DNA of 54,860 bases, filler included, from Basidiobolus ranarum (lineage: Eukaryota), in NCBI GenBank assembly GCA_040143965.1. It is 4 parts of 4 records of this genome, joined end to end, with 100 filler letters (N's around TTAATTAATTAA, not from the genome) between each part and the next. Parts side by side here need not be neighbours in the genome. Positions count along the whole stretch, not along the records: positions 13,759 to 27,406 come from JASJQH010000470.1; positions 27,507 to 41,139 come from JASJQH010000471.1; 2 more parts are not named here. One strand, 5' to 3'. Below the pieces are notes generated by a model, which worked only from the letters and a program-made list of their open reading frames with translations, was not told where the DNA came from and searched no databases. Both the position numbers and the translations under genes were made by a program. Below, in pieces: positions 21,132 through 34,932 of the stretch. Within the stretch, counting starts at the first letter, position 1. Each line of letters begins with the position of its first letter.

Positions 21132-24100
21132 GGAAGCTCTTGAAATGTATAATGCTCTCGTTCTCTTGGTATTGCGATTTCAACCGTGTATTATATTTGT
21201 TTTGTGACAATACATTAAGAAGCTGACTTGAGCAAAACAATATAATAGTAGTATAATTTCTAAACTAAGCTAAAAGGTAGGAACAATTATCAAGCGATAC
21301 TCAATCTAAAAGCTTACTTGGTGTATTTCCACTTGATAGTTTGCAGTAGTAGAAACATACGGAGGTGAAATATACTTCAGTAAGCGATATATAGATATAC
21401 TGTAATCAAGGCTTGTGAATCAAAATCCGAAAAAGATGCATAGTAAACCACCCTCGTTCTACATCCATCGATCAAGGGATAGACGAGAAGGATACAATTG
21501 GAAATAGTATAAAAGTAACATGTTTAGGTTGCTCCGGAATCAAGGATTAAGGAACTTGTATAAATGAAAGCAACATCGAAGTTACATCCACGATATGGCT
21601 GCTATATACTGAGATCTCGAGTATTTCATGATTTGGTAGAAATGTCACCCTGCGTTAAGCCTGCATCTGAATCCATCATCGGTTTGTTGCTTTCCCATGC
21701 CTTGACATGCCCTCCCATGCTGAGAGAGAAATTGGTGTCCGAATGGTTTGAAATGGAATCGCTTGTGATGGGAATACAGGAGATGCGACCAGCGCCACTG
21801 CAAATTAACCACTAAATCAACCTAATCAACGACTAAATCTACCTCCAAGCTGTCATCAAATCCGATTGAGTACAAAGCTATGAATGGTCAGGGACTCCTG
21901 CAATAGGGAAAGATATTTATCACTGGATTTGATGGTAGCTCCTCATTTATCACTCACTGGATTCGATGATCGTTCTTCTGGGTACAAGCAGTGTCAATTC
22001 AGAGTTCGAATTTGGGGCCTAATTATCCCATTCGTTTCTGATGACCAATTACCATATGGGCTGCTTGGATTGCGTTGTGTGCGTTGTGTGCGCTGTGAAT
22101 TGAGTGTCTATGATTTTCCCGCCAAAACATAACAAAGAGTCTCTGCAGCACGTGGTTTTTTTTGTTAGTAGCGAAACTCTAATCCCTTGACGTCATACAC
22201 ATGTAGTACCACGTTATCCGATATCAGATCGTACAAGTTGGTTTCAAAAGCACTATGTAGCCAAGCAATTCATAAACCCGATACAAGAATACAAGCACAG
22301 CAGATGCAAGTACACAGCTCCAAGTACTTTATCCATCTTCTCCCAGTATAGTTATATCCCAACCCTCCCCCTCACCCTCACCTCAGTCAATTACCAAATC
22401 ACCTAACCCTAGGATGTGGTTACATTTCCTGTCAATAGGTCCAATCGTTAATCTTGTAAAGAATCGAGCGGTGAAACCACATATAAATTGTAGGGACCGG
22501 GCCAACTTGACCCTTCTTTTGTTACCGCGTATCACATCACTCATCCACTTACCACCTTGAATTAAATATGGGACACTTGACCATTTTTCGATTATTTAGC
22601 CGCTACTTTGCATTTGTTTTGTCAGAAGAGTACAGTAATTTGTTTTGGTAGAGGAGTACAGTGAAAACGGAGCCCGATTTGACTGACTGATGTAGACAAT
22701 CGGCTCGTACAAGAGCCTTGGCAAGTTCGAAGATCATTTCCTGAAACCTTCTTACTTTCATTTAAATTACTGGCAAGATATATCAAGCTTTCGCCAAATG
22801 ACAGCATTAAACAATAGTTAGAGGACAGTGATGTAAATTTGGTGGCAATTGGCGGAGCTGTTAATAGGATGATCCGAAATGAGGCTATATTGTAGTGAAG
22901 GGTGTGGGCACGGGCAGGAACAGGGATAATTGCGAGATGTTCTTTCTGAGAACTTTCCATCTTGGGTTCTACCGCTACTCCTCACAATAATCGTCATCAC
23001 CTGTGATTACCGATTCGATATAGACCCCCTAACATCACCAACCCTAATACCACTGACCCCATTATTACCAACCCTAATATCATTGCCTAACTACTGTCAC
23101 CCAATCCCAATTTTCACATGGACTTTATCTATGAATCGATGCTCAATTTGTGAAACGTAGCCAAGATAAACCATAGCAATTCGCCAAACTGGATAATATT
23201 TTATGTAAGTCATACATATGTTGTGCTTTACACTTGGTGCTGGGGTAAGGAGGCCATAGACATGCATTTTAATTTTTTCTTTATGAACGAGGACCACATC
23301 TGTGAAACAACAATTTGGCACTCTATGTTGATGGATTTTACTTTTATCTTCTAATTGATTTATTGTGTAAGAATGTAACGCTTGTTTAATGCACTTTGCT
23401 CTATCGATCATATGCATTGGCTATTACTTCAAGGTCGCATGCGTTTGGCTAGACTATATGAGTGAAACACAAGCCTTTGAAGTCCCCTGGAAATTTGCTT
23501 CTGGTATTCAACTTGTAAATCTGTAGAGTGCTCCAAGACAGCTCTGATTGGGTTTAAAATACAATAGGATATAATACTGATGACAAACAAGGAGTAACGT
23601 GAATTAGTGAATAGTCATACCCTCCCCTATATGCTGGTTGGTGTTTTCAGCCTCCAAATAAAATGCGTTTAATTAAGGTCAACATCAAGGCTGAATCAAG
23701 TATCACTAGGGGTAGGGTATTATCAAGAAAAAGAGTATTGAAATCGAAACTGTTGCCTGTATTTTCTTAGGACTTCACCTAAGGTATACAAACGAATTCT
23801 ATCTAGATCCGAATTCTCCCATATTTGTCACAAAAATTGAGGCGTTCAAAGTGACTTCATCACCAATCAAAGATCAGGATACACCGGATAACAATCGAAT
23901 TAATAATGAACCACAACAATTGCATACCAAATTATCCGATTCTTTTACCAGGTTTCTTCAAAAATAGGGAATATATGTATTATTAAAGGTATATTCCCAA
24001 TAATATTCAATGGTTGGGATGAAAACATATCCATAATATAAGCTTCGGTTAGGGAAATCAATACCAACTTTGGAAACAAATCAATTACCACTAATGGTTT

Positions 24101-24900
24101 TTTATTCATATTCTCAATTTTAATTCCCATAAATAACATGGATAAATATTCATGCACTCCCAAAATATCCCCATGATTATTTTTTGGTCTTTCGGTATAC
24201 CGTCGGTACTCCTAAATGAGCCATTTCGCAATATTTGAAGCAACTTGTGTGGAACATTTCCTTCTTGATGTATTCCAACCAAGATAGCAATGCCCGATTG
24301 AGTCATTAGATGTCAAATTTGTTCAAGTGAGTGGATTGTTTTAACCCTAACCCTATTCATCCAAATACGAATACGAATGAACGAATGAGCCAAGTCTTGA
24401 AACTACCTCAATATGCTTATAATAATCTCCCCAAGATTTACCTTGATTCGCTCGGAACACTAACTTAAGATAGGCTAGTATAGATATTCCAAATGACAAA
24501 GTCACATCTTTCTAGATCTGGATTCTTCATCTGCCTCTCAGATATCGCCAGTGTATTCCCACATTAGATGCATTTATTCTATCCGAGATGATCAACATCA
24601 CGAAAACAAACAAGGGTAGACTGACGCGTACCAATTGACAACATTCTATGTAAGATCTATATCTTGTAGGTTTATTAGGTGGGTGAGGACTCCCAAGTAA
24701 TATACAGTTGGTGATCTGATGAAAGTGGTAACAGTGAGGTATTTAGCTATCAGTATGTGGTGGTGGTGTACTCCGCCAATATGTAAAGACAAATAAACTC
24801 CCTTGTTCGAACAATGGTACATTGCGTGGAGAATAAAAATGAAATTAATAATAATTACAGGTAATTAGAAGGTTTGCGCAAACTCGAATCTTCCCCTAAT

Positions 24901-25980
24901 TTAAGCTAGGCTTGACTTGGGTGAATAGTTGTTGCCTAATGTCATGCACGGCATGCTAGTGAGGGAAGGGTCAAGGCCAAGGTAGATGGATCCGTTGGGG
25001 ACGGATGCATCCTCCAGAGCTCCGCTAGTGGGAATTGTCATGGTGGTTGTCAAAGAAGATGAGAAGAATCCATTCATATCAGAAGGTAAGAAGCAAGAAT
25101 TACTTCCATCGTCACTGAGATACATGGGCTGGTTTAGAATGTCCATATCGGTAGGTTGAAAAGCCTCACCTTGGAGACTGTAGCCATTATTACCCATCAT
25201 GTAAGGTTCTAAACCAACTTGAGCAATGCTGTTGAGATCGGGAGTAAGTTCAGGAGTGAAGTTGAAGTCGTAACAAACGGAATTGTTACTACTGGGAGTT
25301 GTTTGATGGCTAGAGTGAGAGGAGTCGTGCTCACAATCGTCATCGGTACTATGCATCTCAGGATCATCATCCGATCTTAGTTCTATTTTAGCTTTGCAAT
25401 CTTCTTCATGGATTTCAGAATTAGACCCATGAGCATCAGAACAGCATTCATCAACCATGTCTAAGAGAGGTGGAAGAGGGGTGGGCTCAGCCTTAGCAGA
25501 CAAAGGTGGAAGGCCCATCTGAAGTCTAAGTTCGTTGAGTTCTTCACGAAGAGTCTTGTTCTCGGAGCGAAGATTGTCAACTTCTTTGACGTATACGTGC
25601 GAATAGGATTTAGCTCTTTGGACAAAATCTAAAGATTTTTGTACGATGATGGACTTGGAAGGTTTGCGAACGTAGTGAAGTGAAGGAATGGCCCATGCAA
25701 GCTCTTGGAATTTATTGTTCAAACACTCACGGCGAGCTCGCTCTACTGCGTTATGATTGGCACGCTTTTGGGCGGAGTTGACGCACTTTTTGGAAGAGTT
25801 TCCATCTAAAGAAAACAATTGAACATTAGAATGAAGGTCATGGGTCAATCATTCCATCCAAAAGAAGAGCTTACTGGATGAGATCTGAAAAGTAAAGTTT
25901 GCTCCCCCAGCGGGGTGTCTCTGTGAGCATGGTTGGGCTACGGCGGGAAATTGGAGTACACTGGTCTTGGTGGCGTCCAT
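24901..25980 (-). CDS. bHLH(-ZIP) transcription factor, MAX/MLX-like
   Basis: KRANHNAVERARRECLNNKFQELAWAIP..KPSKSIIVQKSLDFV is followed by the heptad VDNLRSENKTLREELNELR. Exon 1 is 25980-25875, with GTAAGC..TAG intron 25874-25806. Confidence 0.92.
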
Positions 25981-27406
25981 TTTGATAAGATCAACGATTT
26001 GGAAAAGGTATTGGGAGTTGGTAAAAGACAATATGAATTGTTGAGGGGAGGAAAAAAAGCGTAGATCAAAGAATTAAATTCTTTTTGATAATGGCTGAGC
26101 TTGCTGAATATCTGTTCCAGAAACAACAACTTCGTTGTGTCGCCACAAAAGCTTTTGTTGAGATAAAGGTGATGAATAGCGCAGAAAGATGAGATGAACG
26201 AAATAATTTCGACGTGTGCTCGGGGTATTTTATATTCAAATTGGAGCCTTTGGAGTCCCTATAAAGCCATTACGATTATTGGTTCTAATTAAATTATATT
26301 CAATTTGAGTGGTCAAAAACAGGGTCTCCTAGTTGGAACACACTATTGATTGGTTGCTAGTGACTACCAGTAGGCTCTCAAACAGAGTGCAGTATAGCCC
26401 ATTTCTAGCAATTATTAGATATAGAATGGATTCGATTTGAACCACAACATCTACGACTTGTTGGTATTCTTCGCCAGCGCTAAATGCACCGCTCATGTGT
26501 TGTGATGATTAAGACTATGTTGTTGTAATTGTTGGCTAAATGATGTAGAGGAGTGCGTATCGCAATTCGGAAGTATAGAGACAAATTGAAGGACATATGT
26601 CAAAAGAAGCAGGCGATTGAAACCATTGGTTCTCCATAACAAACCACGAAATAGGAAAGATTCTCATTGAATTCGCATCTTCGCATCTTCACATCGTCGC
26701 ATCGTCGCATTCATGAATTTGCATTTACATCCACATTGGCATCTGGAAATCCATAATAGGACATGTAGTGATAGTATATCAAATTCGATAATGTAATACT
26801 CTATAACGATCCAATCGAAACGGTGACGATCATATCAGGTACCACCGCTTTGCTTTGCACTCACTTGACACCCATTATCGAATTAAAAACCTGTTTGAGA
26901 AAAAAGTAACAAGCATTGCTATGCTAACACCGACTAACACCAGTGAATATGGCGTGAATATAGCGGATGGCAGCAGTGAAATTGGCTTGAATGTTTTAGC
27001 CTCCTGTTCAAAGCCTCCCTGAAAGTTCCAGAGAGATTACGTTATTGTATGCATTGTAATCGAAGGGCATCGAAATGGGGTCTAGGTATGAGAGAATGGA
27101 AATGAAATTAGATGCGCGAATCCCCGTTACCGGAATATACTCACGCTCGATGCATTGCTACCACTGTGAAGGAAACCCTGCGATTTTCATTGCATGCCAG
27201 AATCGGACGCGTATGGAAATATGTCTTACTCTTCCAATACAGATATACATCATTGCCCAACCCTCCTCAAATCACCCAAATGGCTGGAGAATGTTACACA
27301 GACATCGATTCCTGAATCAATAATCCTGATTCAATTCCATCCACATCTCGATTGTGTACCATCTAAAATGGAATGATAGCGAAACAATCTGGGATCTGAG
27401 AGATAA

Positions 27407-27506
27407 NNNNNNNNNNNNNNNNNNNNNNNNNNNNNNNNNNNNNNNNNNNNTTAATTAATTAANNNNNNNNNNNNNNNNNNNNNNNNNNNNNNNNNNNNNN
27501 NNNNNN
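27407..27506. other. Assembly gap with TTAATTAATTAA spacer
   Basis: N-run. Confidence 0.97.
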
Positions 27507-28411
27507 TATGCATTACTACTATCCAAATATAACACTAAACTTCATTATTTTACCATCAAGAGCCTGGTCAGATTTCAATATGATCACTGATATCAATTCA
27601 CCAAATAGTCAGTCTAACATCAAACTTAGGATTAGCCATAAGCCTAAGATTATATTGCTAAAGGGGATTAGCTGGAGCTAGAGCTTCCCATTAGGCACTA
27701 TACACTTATTACTCAACAGCATTCCAATACTACTTACTCAGCTATATAGTGGAAAATTTGATATGAATGAGCCATTTGAGAGAGGATCAAAGTTTGAATT
27801 GATTGGGAAAATGCTTGAAAATGTCATGATACCATCATATTTTACTAGGACTCCCATCAATATCCACTCATCTAGGCATTTATTCAAATTCAAAGACTGG
27901 AAGTATTGGATTTATATATATTCAAGTGGAATCTTGAAGAGGTTTCAGCCTGATTAGTATTGGCATTGTCTGTACCAAATATCTTCCTTTCTACATACCA
28001 CCTTTGCCCCTGAACACTATGTTTACATCCTCAGAACTTGATTACATTGGTCATCAAGTTAAGTATGCATATGATCCAGTATTATCATATTATCTTGAGA
28101 GTTTGATATCCTAATTGTCACCTTGTTTAGATTAGTGCATAAGCTAAATCAAGCTGACACAACTAGATGCTTTTCATCCCCCTAAATGTACAATTGAAGT
28201 GCGCAATTGCCCTCATACTCTGGATGTGCTAATACCTACTGAATCAAGTACTAACCAACGCTCTGGATTTGTAACTATGAAATTCTGTTCCTTGAGGTAC
28301 TTCCTTGAATCTTGAATATAAATTTTCACTTTTTGATGTAGTACTTTTTCATAGGGCTCTTTAATTGTGATTCCAATAACTTGTTGACGAGAAGGTTGGA
28401 ATTTCTAAGAT

Positions 28412-29200
28412 TTATATGTGAATTGTTGTTGTACCTCTCATTACTTTAATCTTATCACGTGTTTCCTGAGGTAAAGCGGCCAAATATTGCTCAAATATTT
28501 GCGTTGTCTCTGCGGTGTCATTAACATGAGGGAAGGGTTCATCTGGGATTGGCTTGCCTAAGAATTTGCAGAGCGGCTCCCAACCTTCCTTCACTTCAAA
28601 CACTAGCAATTTCTCCGCAGGAATGACCCTCTTCACCTCTTCTATATGGCGCTTAAAGTTCTCAATCACCCACTCCTTGTCATCGAAGCGACCTTGGAAG
28701 CAGCCCTTTGGCCCCCAGACCGTTGCGTTAACTGCGTCCTTCATGCCAAACATTGCTTTATTGGTATCATTCTTCTCTATATAGTCCCAGATCTTGGAAA
28801 ATTTGTAGATAGTATCGTAACAACTTTTATACCATTTCTCAGGATCGCGGACTGTCAAGAGAACTTTAGCATTTGGGTATTTCTTAACCAAATCCTTGTA
28901 CCACCAGAAGGATGGACAATCCACAGATGCTGTGTAGTTCTCAAATATCTTATCCCAATTGGGCTCTTTGCCTATTTGAAATAAGAGGATATTAGAATGG
29001 CCCTTATATATATAGTAAATATGAGATATACCTTCAGCGACGTCTACCCAGAGAGGGCCTTGAACAGCAGCATTTTTACCCACCTCAACCATATGATGGG
29101 TATTGTAGCCAAGCTTATCCAGAGCAGTTTTCGTGGACAAAGTTCCAGTGCGGCAGAAGCCAGCGCCAATGACTTGAAGTTCGTTTGGATTTACCATCAT
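28412..29200 (-). CDS. Sulfotransferase-domain P-loop protein (Sulfotransfer_4-like)
   Basis: Motifs LQVIGAGFCRTGTLSTKTALDKLGY.THHM, YPNAKVLLTVRDPEKWYKS, GWEPLCKFLGKPIPDEPFPHVND. In-frame 60-nt intron at 28972-29031. Confidence 0.9.
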   Translation of the reverse strand: MMVNPNELQVIGAGFCRTGTLSTKTALDKLGYNTHHMVEVGKNAAVQGPLWVDVAEGISHIYYIYKGHSNILLFQIGKEPNWDKIFENYTASVDCPSFWWYKDLVKKYPNAKVLLTVRDPEKWYKSCYDTIYKFSKIWDYIEKNDTNKAMFGMKDAVNATVWGPKGCFQGRFDDKEWVIENFKRHIEEVKRVIPAEKLLVFEVKEGWEPLCKFLGKPIPDEPFPHVNDTAETTQIFEQYLAALPQETRDKIKVMRGTTTIHI

Positions 29201-31655
29201 CGTGAAGATTGTGAAGTTAGTAAGAAGTAGGATGTGGTTACTTCTTATATATGCGCAATTATTTTATGAATCCATAGTTCCAACGAATATGAATTTCTGC
29301 AAAACCTATATTAGTCATGTTCGTCACACCGCAGCACAAACTTCATTCGTCAATGTACTTGATGCTTTCCCACCCTTAGCATATGGAAAGATATATGTTT
29401 TATGTGATTCATTTAGCTGATTTGCGACTACCAAGCCCTTACAACATGTCCTTGAGCTTATCGTTATACCCATAAAGAACTAAGATGTACCGGGGCAAAT
29501 CGCAGCCTGCACGCCAATAATGGATACTGCGGAGTGTAATTCGAACCATGCTTGGACTAACCTGAAAGCAGTTGTAAATTTCAAGTTTTATCCCTCTTTT
29601 GTCTGTTGTTGCAGGCCTTTGATCGGATAGGGCCTATAGCATAAAATGAACATGAAGATGGACTCAAAGAATCAGATAAGCCAAAATGCATATTTGAATC
29701 ACAGGTACATGATGAGCAAGCCAACTTCTTGGTTAGCTTGTCTGCATCCAAGGCTCACCTCGCCCTCAATCCTAGTTGGTTTTTACTACTACGTAGACAG
29801 TTTCACAATGGCTCATATTACACCATGTTACACTGGAAAGACAAGCCTAACTTTGTGAGCTGTTCGTACTGGGAACATCGCTAATCATCTGAAGCGTTGC
29901 GATCTAACCTCAGCTACTCTATCATTCAGTATCCAATACACTCATGTGCACTGTGAAAGTCCAACAGCATTTCACATCAATGTTTCTAATCTCAACAACA
30001 TCAGTACCATCATGATCCACTATTGCTATGTCCCGAAGCATCCAATTGGATGATACCTCGGGCCGAATCTCGGTCTCCAATTATTATAGTACTTCTTGGC
30101 AGATACCAAACCTCAGACATTACAATAGGCTGATGTTGAAACAAGTCATGAATGTGGATGTCCGAATTTGGAACAGGTGTGTGGGTAAACATCAACGGAA
30201 ATCCTGATATCGCGTATAAACAAAATGACTTTTCATCAAATAACGAAAACCTGTTTGTCGCCATATAACGTAATATGTCGTTCTATACAACTTGTATGGT
30301 GCGTTGAAACGTAACTAAATGCTTGAAATAGCATAAAACCTCACCAATCGAGAGTTCTCTTAAATCCATCTCTGTAATTTATACCCTTCTTTTTGTTGAT
30401 GAGTTAAGTTCACGAATCGATGCTGCAATATAGGAGTTACTGTACAACCCACTAGAAGTTACAAGTATGTTCACATCTACAGTCAATGTTCGGCGCTTCT
30501 ATGGTAAAATATGACCGAGGAGTGTATGGCAATGGTAGAATGTTGTAGTGAGGTACTACCAATCACAATGTCTTGTAGAACGTGATCAAAGGAGTCCGTA
30601 TCATACAGCAAATGACTACAATGCACGCTGCAGATACTGTTCTACTTAATAGGACCCACCCCTATGTATTACCTCTTTACTCGTTTTGTTACCTTTACTA
30701 ATATAGCTTCTGAGTATTCCATAGGATGGATGCCTCAACAATATTCCCCCATTGAATCGAATCTTCCGAAGATAAGCTAGCACCCAAGGTATATTGACAC
30801 AGTCCAACCGTGGTCTCTTCCAATGGAGAATATGGAGCATGAAGTTGGATGTCTTTTATTATCCATACAGTATATTGGTAATACAAAAAATCAAGTCAAA
30901 AATATCTGAATATCAAAGCTGTCTCTACGGTGTGTAGGCATGATAGATGATACTAAACCCACTAACTATACGAGAGAGGTACACTCAGCTCACCAATTGA
31001 ATGTTTGAAATAATTCGAGTCATAACTTTGACGCTAGCTGGCTTCTCTGAAGATTACTGTGATGACTTAGAGTGGCTTATGAACCACTTTATGCAGGCTA
31101 ATTTTAGACGAACTCTCAATGGCAATTTCAGAATATACAATGTACCTTGTAATCTCGATTGGCTCTAAAATTGTAACATATACAATTATATACTTGTGGT
31201 ATTTTATCCTAATGGAGAAACAGACTCCTCTTTAACTCTGTATGTTGGTGGGATATTACATTATATTGTGACACAACGTTAGAGGTGAAATTTTATTCTC
31301 ATAAACCAAAGTCTGACAAAGAACTAGAAGTCATTTATTTAAAATAGCGATTGTCAGAGAGCGTCGATCCATATACATTGTTCACTTTAACAAGCAGGTG
31401 ATACTTTGTCAAACCTTACTTAAGAGGGAAAGATCATCGTAGTCATTGTTCTAGACCTCGATAATATAGCATAATTATCTGATACACGTTAACACTCTGT
31501 GTTGAGTGGGCATTTCTAGCTCCTTTTATTTCTGCAGGTTGTCAAATGAATTACGCTCCCTTTAAACAGTACTATGATTGAAAGTCACTTCTTGAACCAA
31601 TCTAATAATTTGTGTCAAAAAATATGCAAATAGGGTCTGTAGAAAGAGTTATAAT

Positions 31656-31981
31656 TGTTGAAATTAGCATTGCCTAAACACCTATATAGTCATATAGAGC
31701 TTAGTATTTAGCTATCCTATATTGAACTAAGATATCACCCATTATTCTCAATCGGAATTTAGAAGTTCTCAGATATATAGTTTTTTCAAACTTGTGCTAG
31801 AAGCCCCAAACTTTGCGCACATGTTTCTGGGACCTTCCTTAACACCTTTTACACGTTAGTTTGTTTACATCTTGACAAAACTATAAATGTCAATTTGCAA
31901 CCCAATAAATCAACAAATGAAAACCACCAATTTCTCTATTTCTCCAAACCACTTCTAACAGCCTCCCAAAATACTTTAACA
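31656..31981 (+). mobile_element. Solo LTR (326 nt) with 5-bp TSD ATAAT
   Basis: Ends TGTTGAAA...TTTAACA. ATAAT occurs at 31651-31655 and 31982-31986. Homologous to 19330-19660. Confidence 0.87.
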
Positions 31982-32118
31982 ATAATAAATGGACTTTTTG
32001 TGAGCTTGAGAGAATTGTATTTAATGACCTGAAATAGAGTATTCATATTTTGATGGCAATGCTAGAAAAAAATGATGAGACTATGTTCATGTTGAAACTA
32101 ACTACTGTGGGCCCATCT

Positions 32119-32224
32119 TGTTGAAATTAGCATAGCCTAAACACTTATGTAGTCATATATAGCTTAGTATTTAGTTATTCCATATTTCACGAAGATATCA
32201 CCCCCTATTCCCTAAACTTCAACA
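32119..32224 (+). mobile_element. Short internally deleted copy of the same LTR family
   Basis: Starts TGTTGAAATTAGCATAGCCTAAACAC and ends TTCAACA. No matching TSD. Confidence 0.65.
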
Positions 32225-32608
32225 AATGTGAAATTTGAATTTGCTTTTATTTGGAAGACCATCTAGCAAGAATCTAGAGGGTAAAAAGTATTCCATTTCT
32301 AAAACTAAAGAGCACTTAGTGATAGGATGTGCTCTTTCCGAATGTAAAGGTAGATAGTTGTGTGGTTTGAACATATGGCTTTAGAGTAGATTTCCTTCAC
32401 GATGAATTTGAATTAGTGTATATACATCCCAGATATTGAGTGAGTGAAACGAGCTGCCTTGCATAGAGAGTTGTGGTCATGAAACAAAACAAAAGGAATA
32501 TATTATCAATGTACCGACTGAAGGAGATAGGTCATTACTTAAAATAGATTATGTAGGCTCAGAGTAAGAGTTCAACATTTTCGAGCATCATGTTTGCAAA
32601 GGACTTCA

Positions 32609-33593
32609 TTAAGCTAGGCGATTTTTACGTTCAATATACCATCCATACATATCCCAAAAAATAGATATGATTGTAACTGCAAATGTTAAGACTGCGAAAA
32701 AGATACTGGTGTTAAAGAAATCACACCAGCCATCTAGTTTACCAACTGGGCAGTGGTTCTTGGCTATTAGAAATACCACATCGAATCCCCAGCATATAGC
32801 AAGTACTATATCAGCAATTAGTAACCATTTGCGCGGAATCTTAGCACCACTTCTGACCCGTCTGTTTAGCATATTAAGAAGGAAGTAAGTGAATGCCACG
32901 ATTGAAATGGCTGACCAGATATAGAGAAATTTAATAGCGGATTTGTCGGAAAAAGGTGTTGATCTTCCTGAATACTATATAAATGTTATGAGTCAATCTA
33001 CTTGATAAATGAATTAGAAATAAAGGTATACGTACTGCGCTTGCACCCACACTAAAGCCAAAAGCCCCGATACTTCCAATAAGGCCAGTAAACCGTAGCA
33101 AAACTCTCCATCTATTTGGTGGTCTGTTAGTGTGAAGCGGAGCCAGGGGGACAGGATTGTTGGAACCGGGAGTTGTCATTTTTGGTACTCCATCTAATAC
33201 GGAGGGTTTCTTAGTCAAACTAGAGGCTGGTACTGGAACGGTGGGTTGTGGATTAGTGTTTGAATGTTGTGTGTTAGCTGGCTCTTTATATTCGTAGGCA
33301 TTAGCTCCGCTGTAGGCTCTGTGTGACGGTGAATGCACGTCTTGCGTTGGTGTAGGGGCTTGATGTGAATATGTGGGGCCTTGAGTATAAGGATTAGGAG
33401 CCCCAGAATTATATGGGTTAGACATACTGTCAGTATTAGTGTAGGCATTTGTTGGGCTGAAGTTGGCTTGGTTTGCGGACCAAGGGTTCATTTCAGACTC
33501 GTAATTCTGAGGAGGATACGTAGAATCATCACTGATCGCTCTTGGAGGGTATGGTGAGGGATATGGGCTCTTATCAAATGGGTTTACCGACAT
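32609..33593 (-). CDS. Four-TM MARVEL-like membrane protein with a long Pro/Ser/Asn/Tyr-rich N-terminus
   Basis: Two exons joined as GASA|YSGRSTPF (GTACGT..TAG). Four hydrophobic segments: LRFTGLIGSIGAFGFSVGA, FLYIWSAISIVAFTYFLL, LLIADIVLAICWGFDVVFLI, IFFAVLTFAVTIISIFWD. Confidence 0.78.
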
Positions 33594-34932
33594 ATCTTTA
33601 CAGGAACGTAGCGGAGTGGTTAGACGTTATTTAAGGTTGTCTTCTGACAGGTAGCAAAAAGGGGCTTTTATGGAGGTAGATAGCAAGGAATGGCAAGGTT
33701 CTCCAACAATTAAGGTTTCGTGTGGGTAACTTTGATGCAGCAAAAAGTGGTACAAAGTAAGGTTAGGAAAGTAGTCAAGAAAGCAATAGAATAAGTCTGA
33801 TTGTGAAACAAATCTGTTTGCGACCTTCGCGTCTTTTTAAATAGCATTGGGCTTTGTTTTCTTAGACTTTTTAGATTCCTTTTAATAAATGAATGACTCT
33901 CTTCTATAAAAACCACTCTTCTGAATCACATGTATCAGCCATACGTCGATTCTAATTTAATATACTCAGTAGAGTTGGATCGATTGATATGTATCGCTTC
34001 CTATAATGGAGACTCGAATCTAGAGAATGTACTGGTTTAAATTGATGGGAAATACAAGTAGCCAAGCATCCAGATCTATTAATAGATTCTATAGCTCACA
34101 CTTGGAAGCAATAGTTCTACTCTACAATCCAATATGATGATGAGCATTCAGTCAAGACAACCATTACATCATAATGGTTCCTTAACTTGTCATGACTGAT
34201 GTAATAACTCCATAGAACTATCGTGGTAGCAGAGTTTGAGGAAAACGACGTAATTGGATGTAGATTGATAGAAGTCCAAGTAACAACGTACTGACTAATC
34301 AGAGGTCTCTGCGTTTAAAGAGAACTCCATGATGTAGGCCTAAGACAAAGATACTCCAGTGCCAAGCCTCATAAACACATTGCTCCAGTCTTCACTAATG
34401 GTGAGCGTATGTTCAGTCCATACGCAGGGTGAGAAGAAATGCATGCTCACTATATTACAGTTGCAATCATAATCAGCGACTAGTTTTTGTTAACAGGCTG
34501 TGTGTATACCGGAGGTTTTGATTTCTCGTGAATAACTGGGTCTATGGTATCATACATGTAGTGGCCATTATACTATGTAACAGCACCGTTCTTTTGCACT
34601 TCTAAAGACTTGGCATTCTCTTATTTGGGAAATAAGATTTTATAGGATAGCATATATACATTTATTCCTTTTAGTTAGTAGCTGCCCAATCTTTCAATTT
34701 GACTGGTTTCATTCGATCAGTTACCCGTGACCAGCAATATATGATTCGGACTTAAATTGTACTTGGGAATCGAGTTCTGAATTTTTACTCGCTACAAACC
34801 AGTTGACTTGTGGATCTGCACCCGCAAAATCAGCCAAAAAACTTTTTAGCTTTCGACAATAATCTCTAGCTTGGCTGAGCTTGCTTCTTTCTGATTATAG
34901 ATAGAGGCTGTATTGGAACAGTGTCATAGAAA

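Noticed and set aside
22400-24355. Scattered CCCTAA telomere-like hexamers
   Set aside because: At most two in tandem; not an interstitial telomere array.
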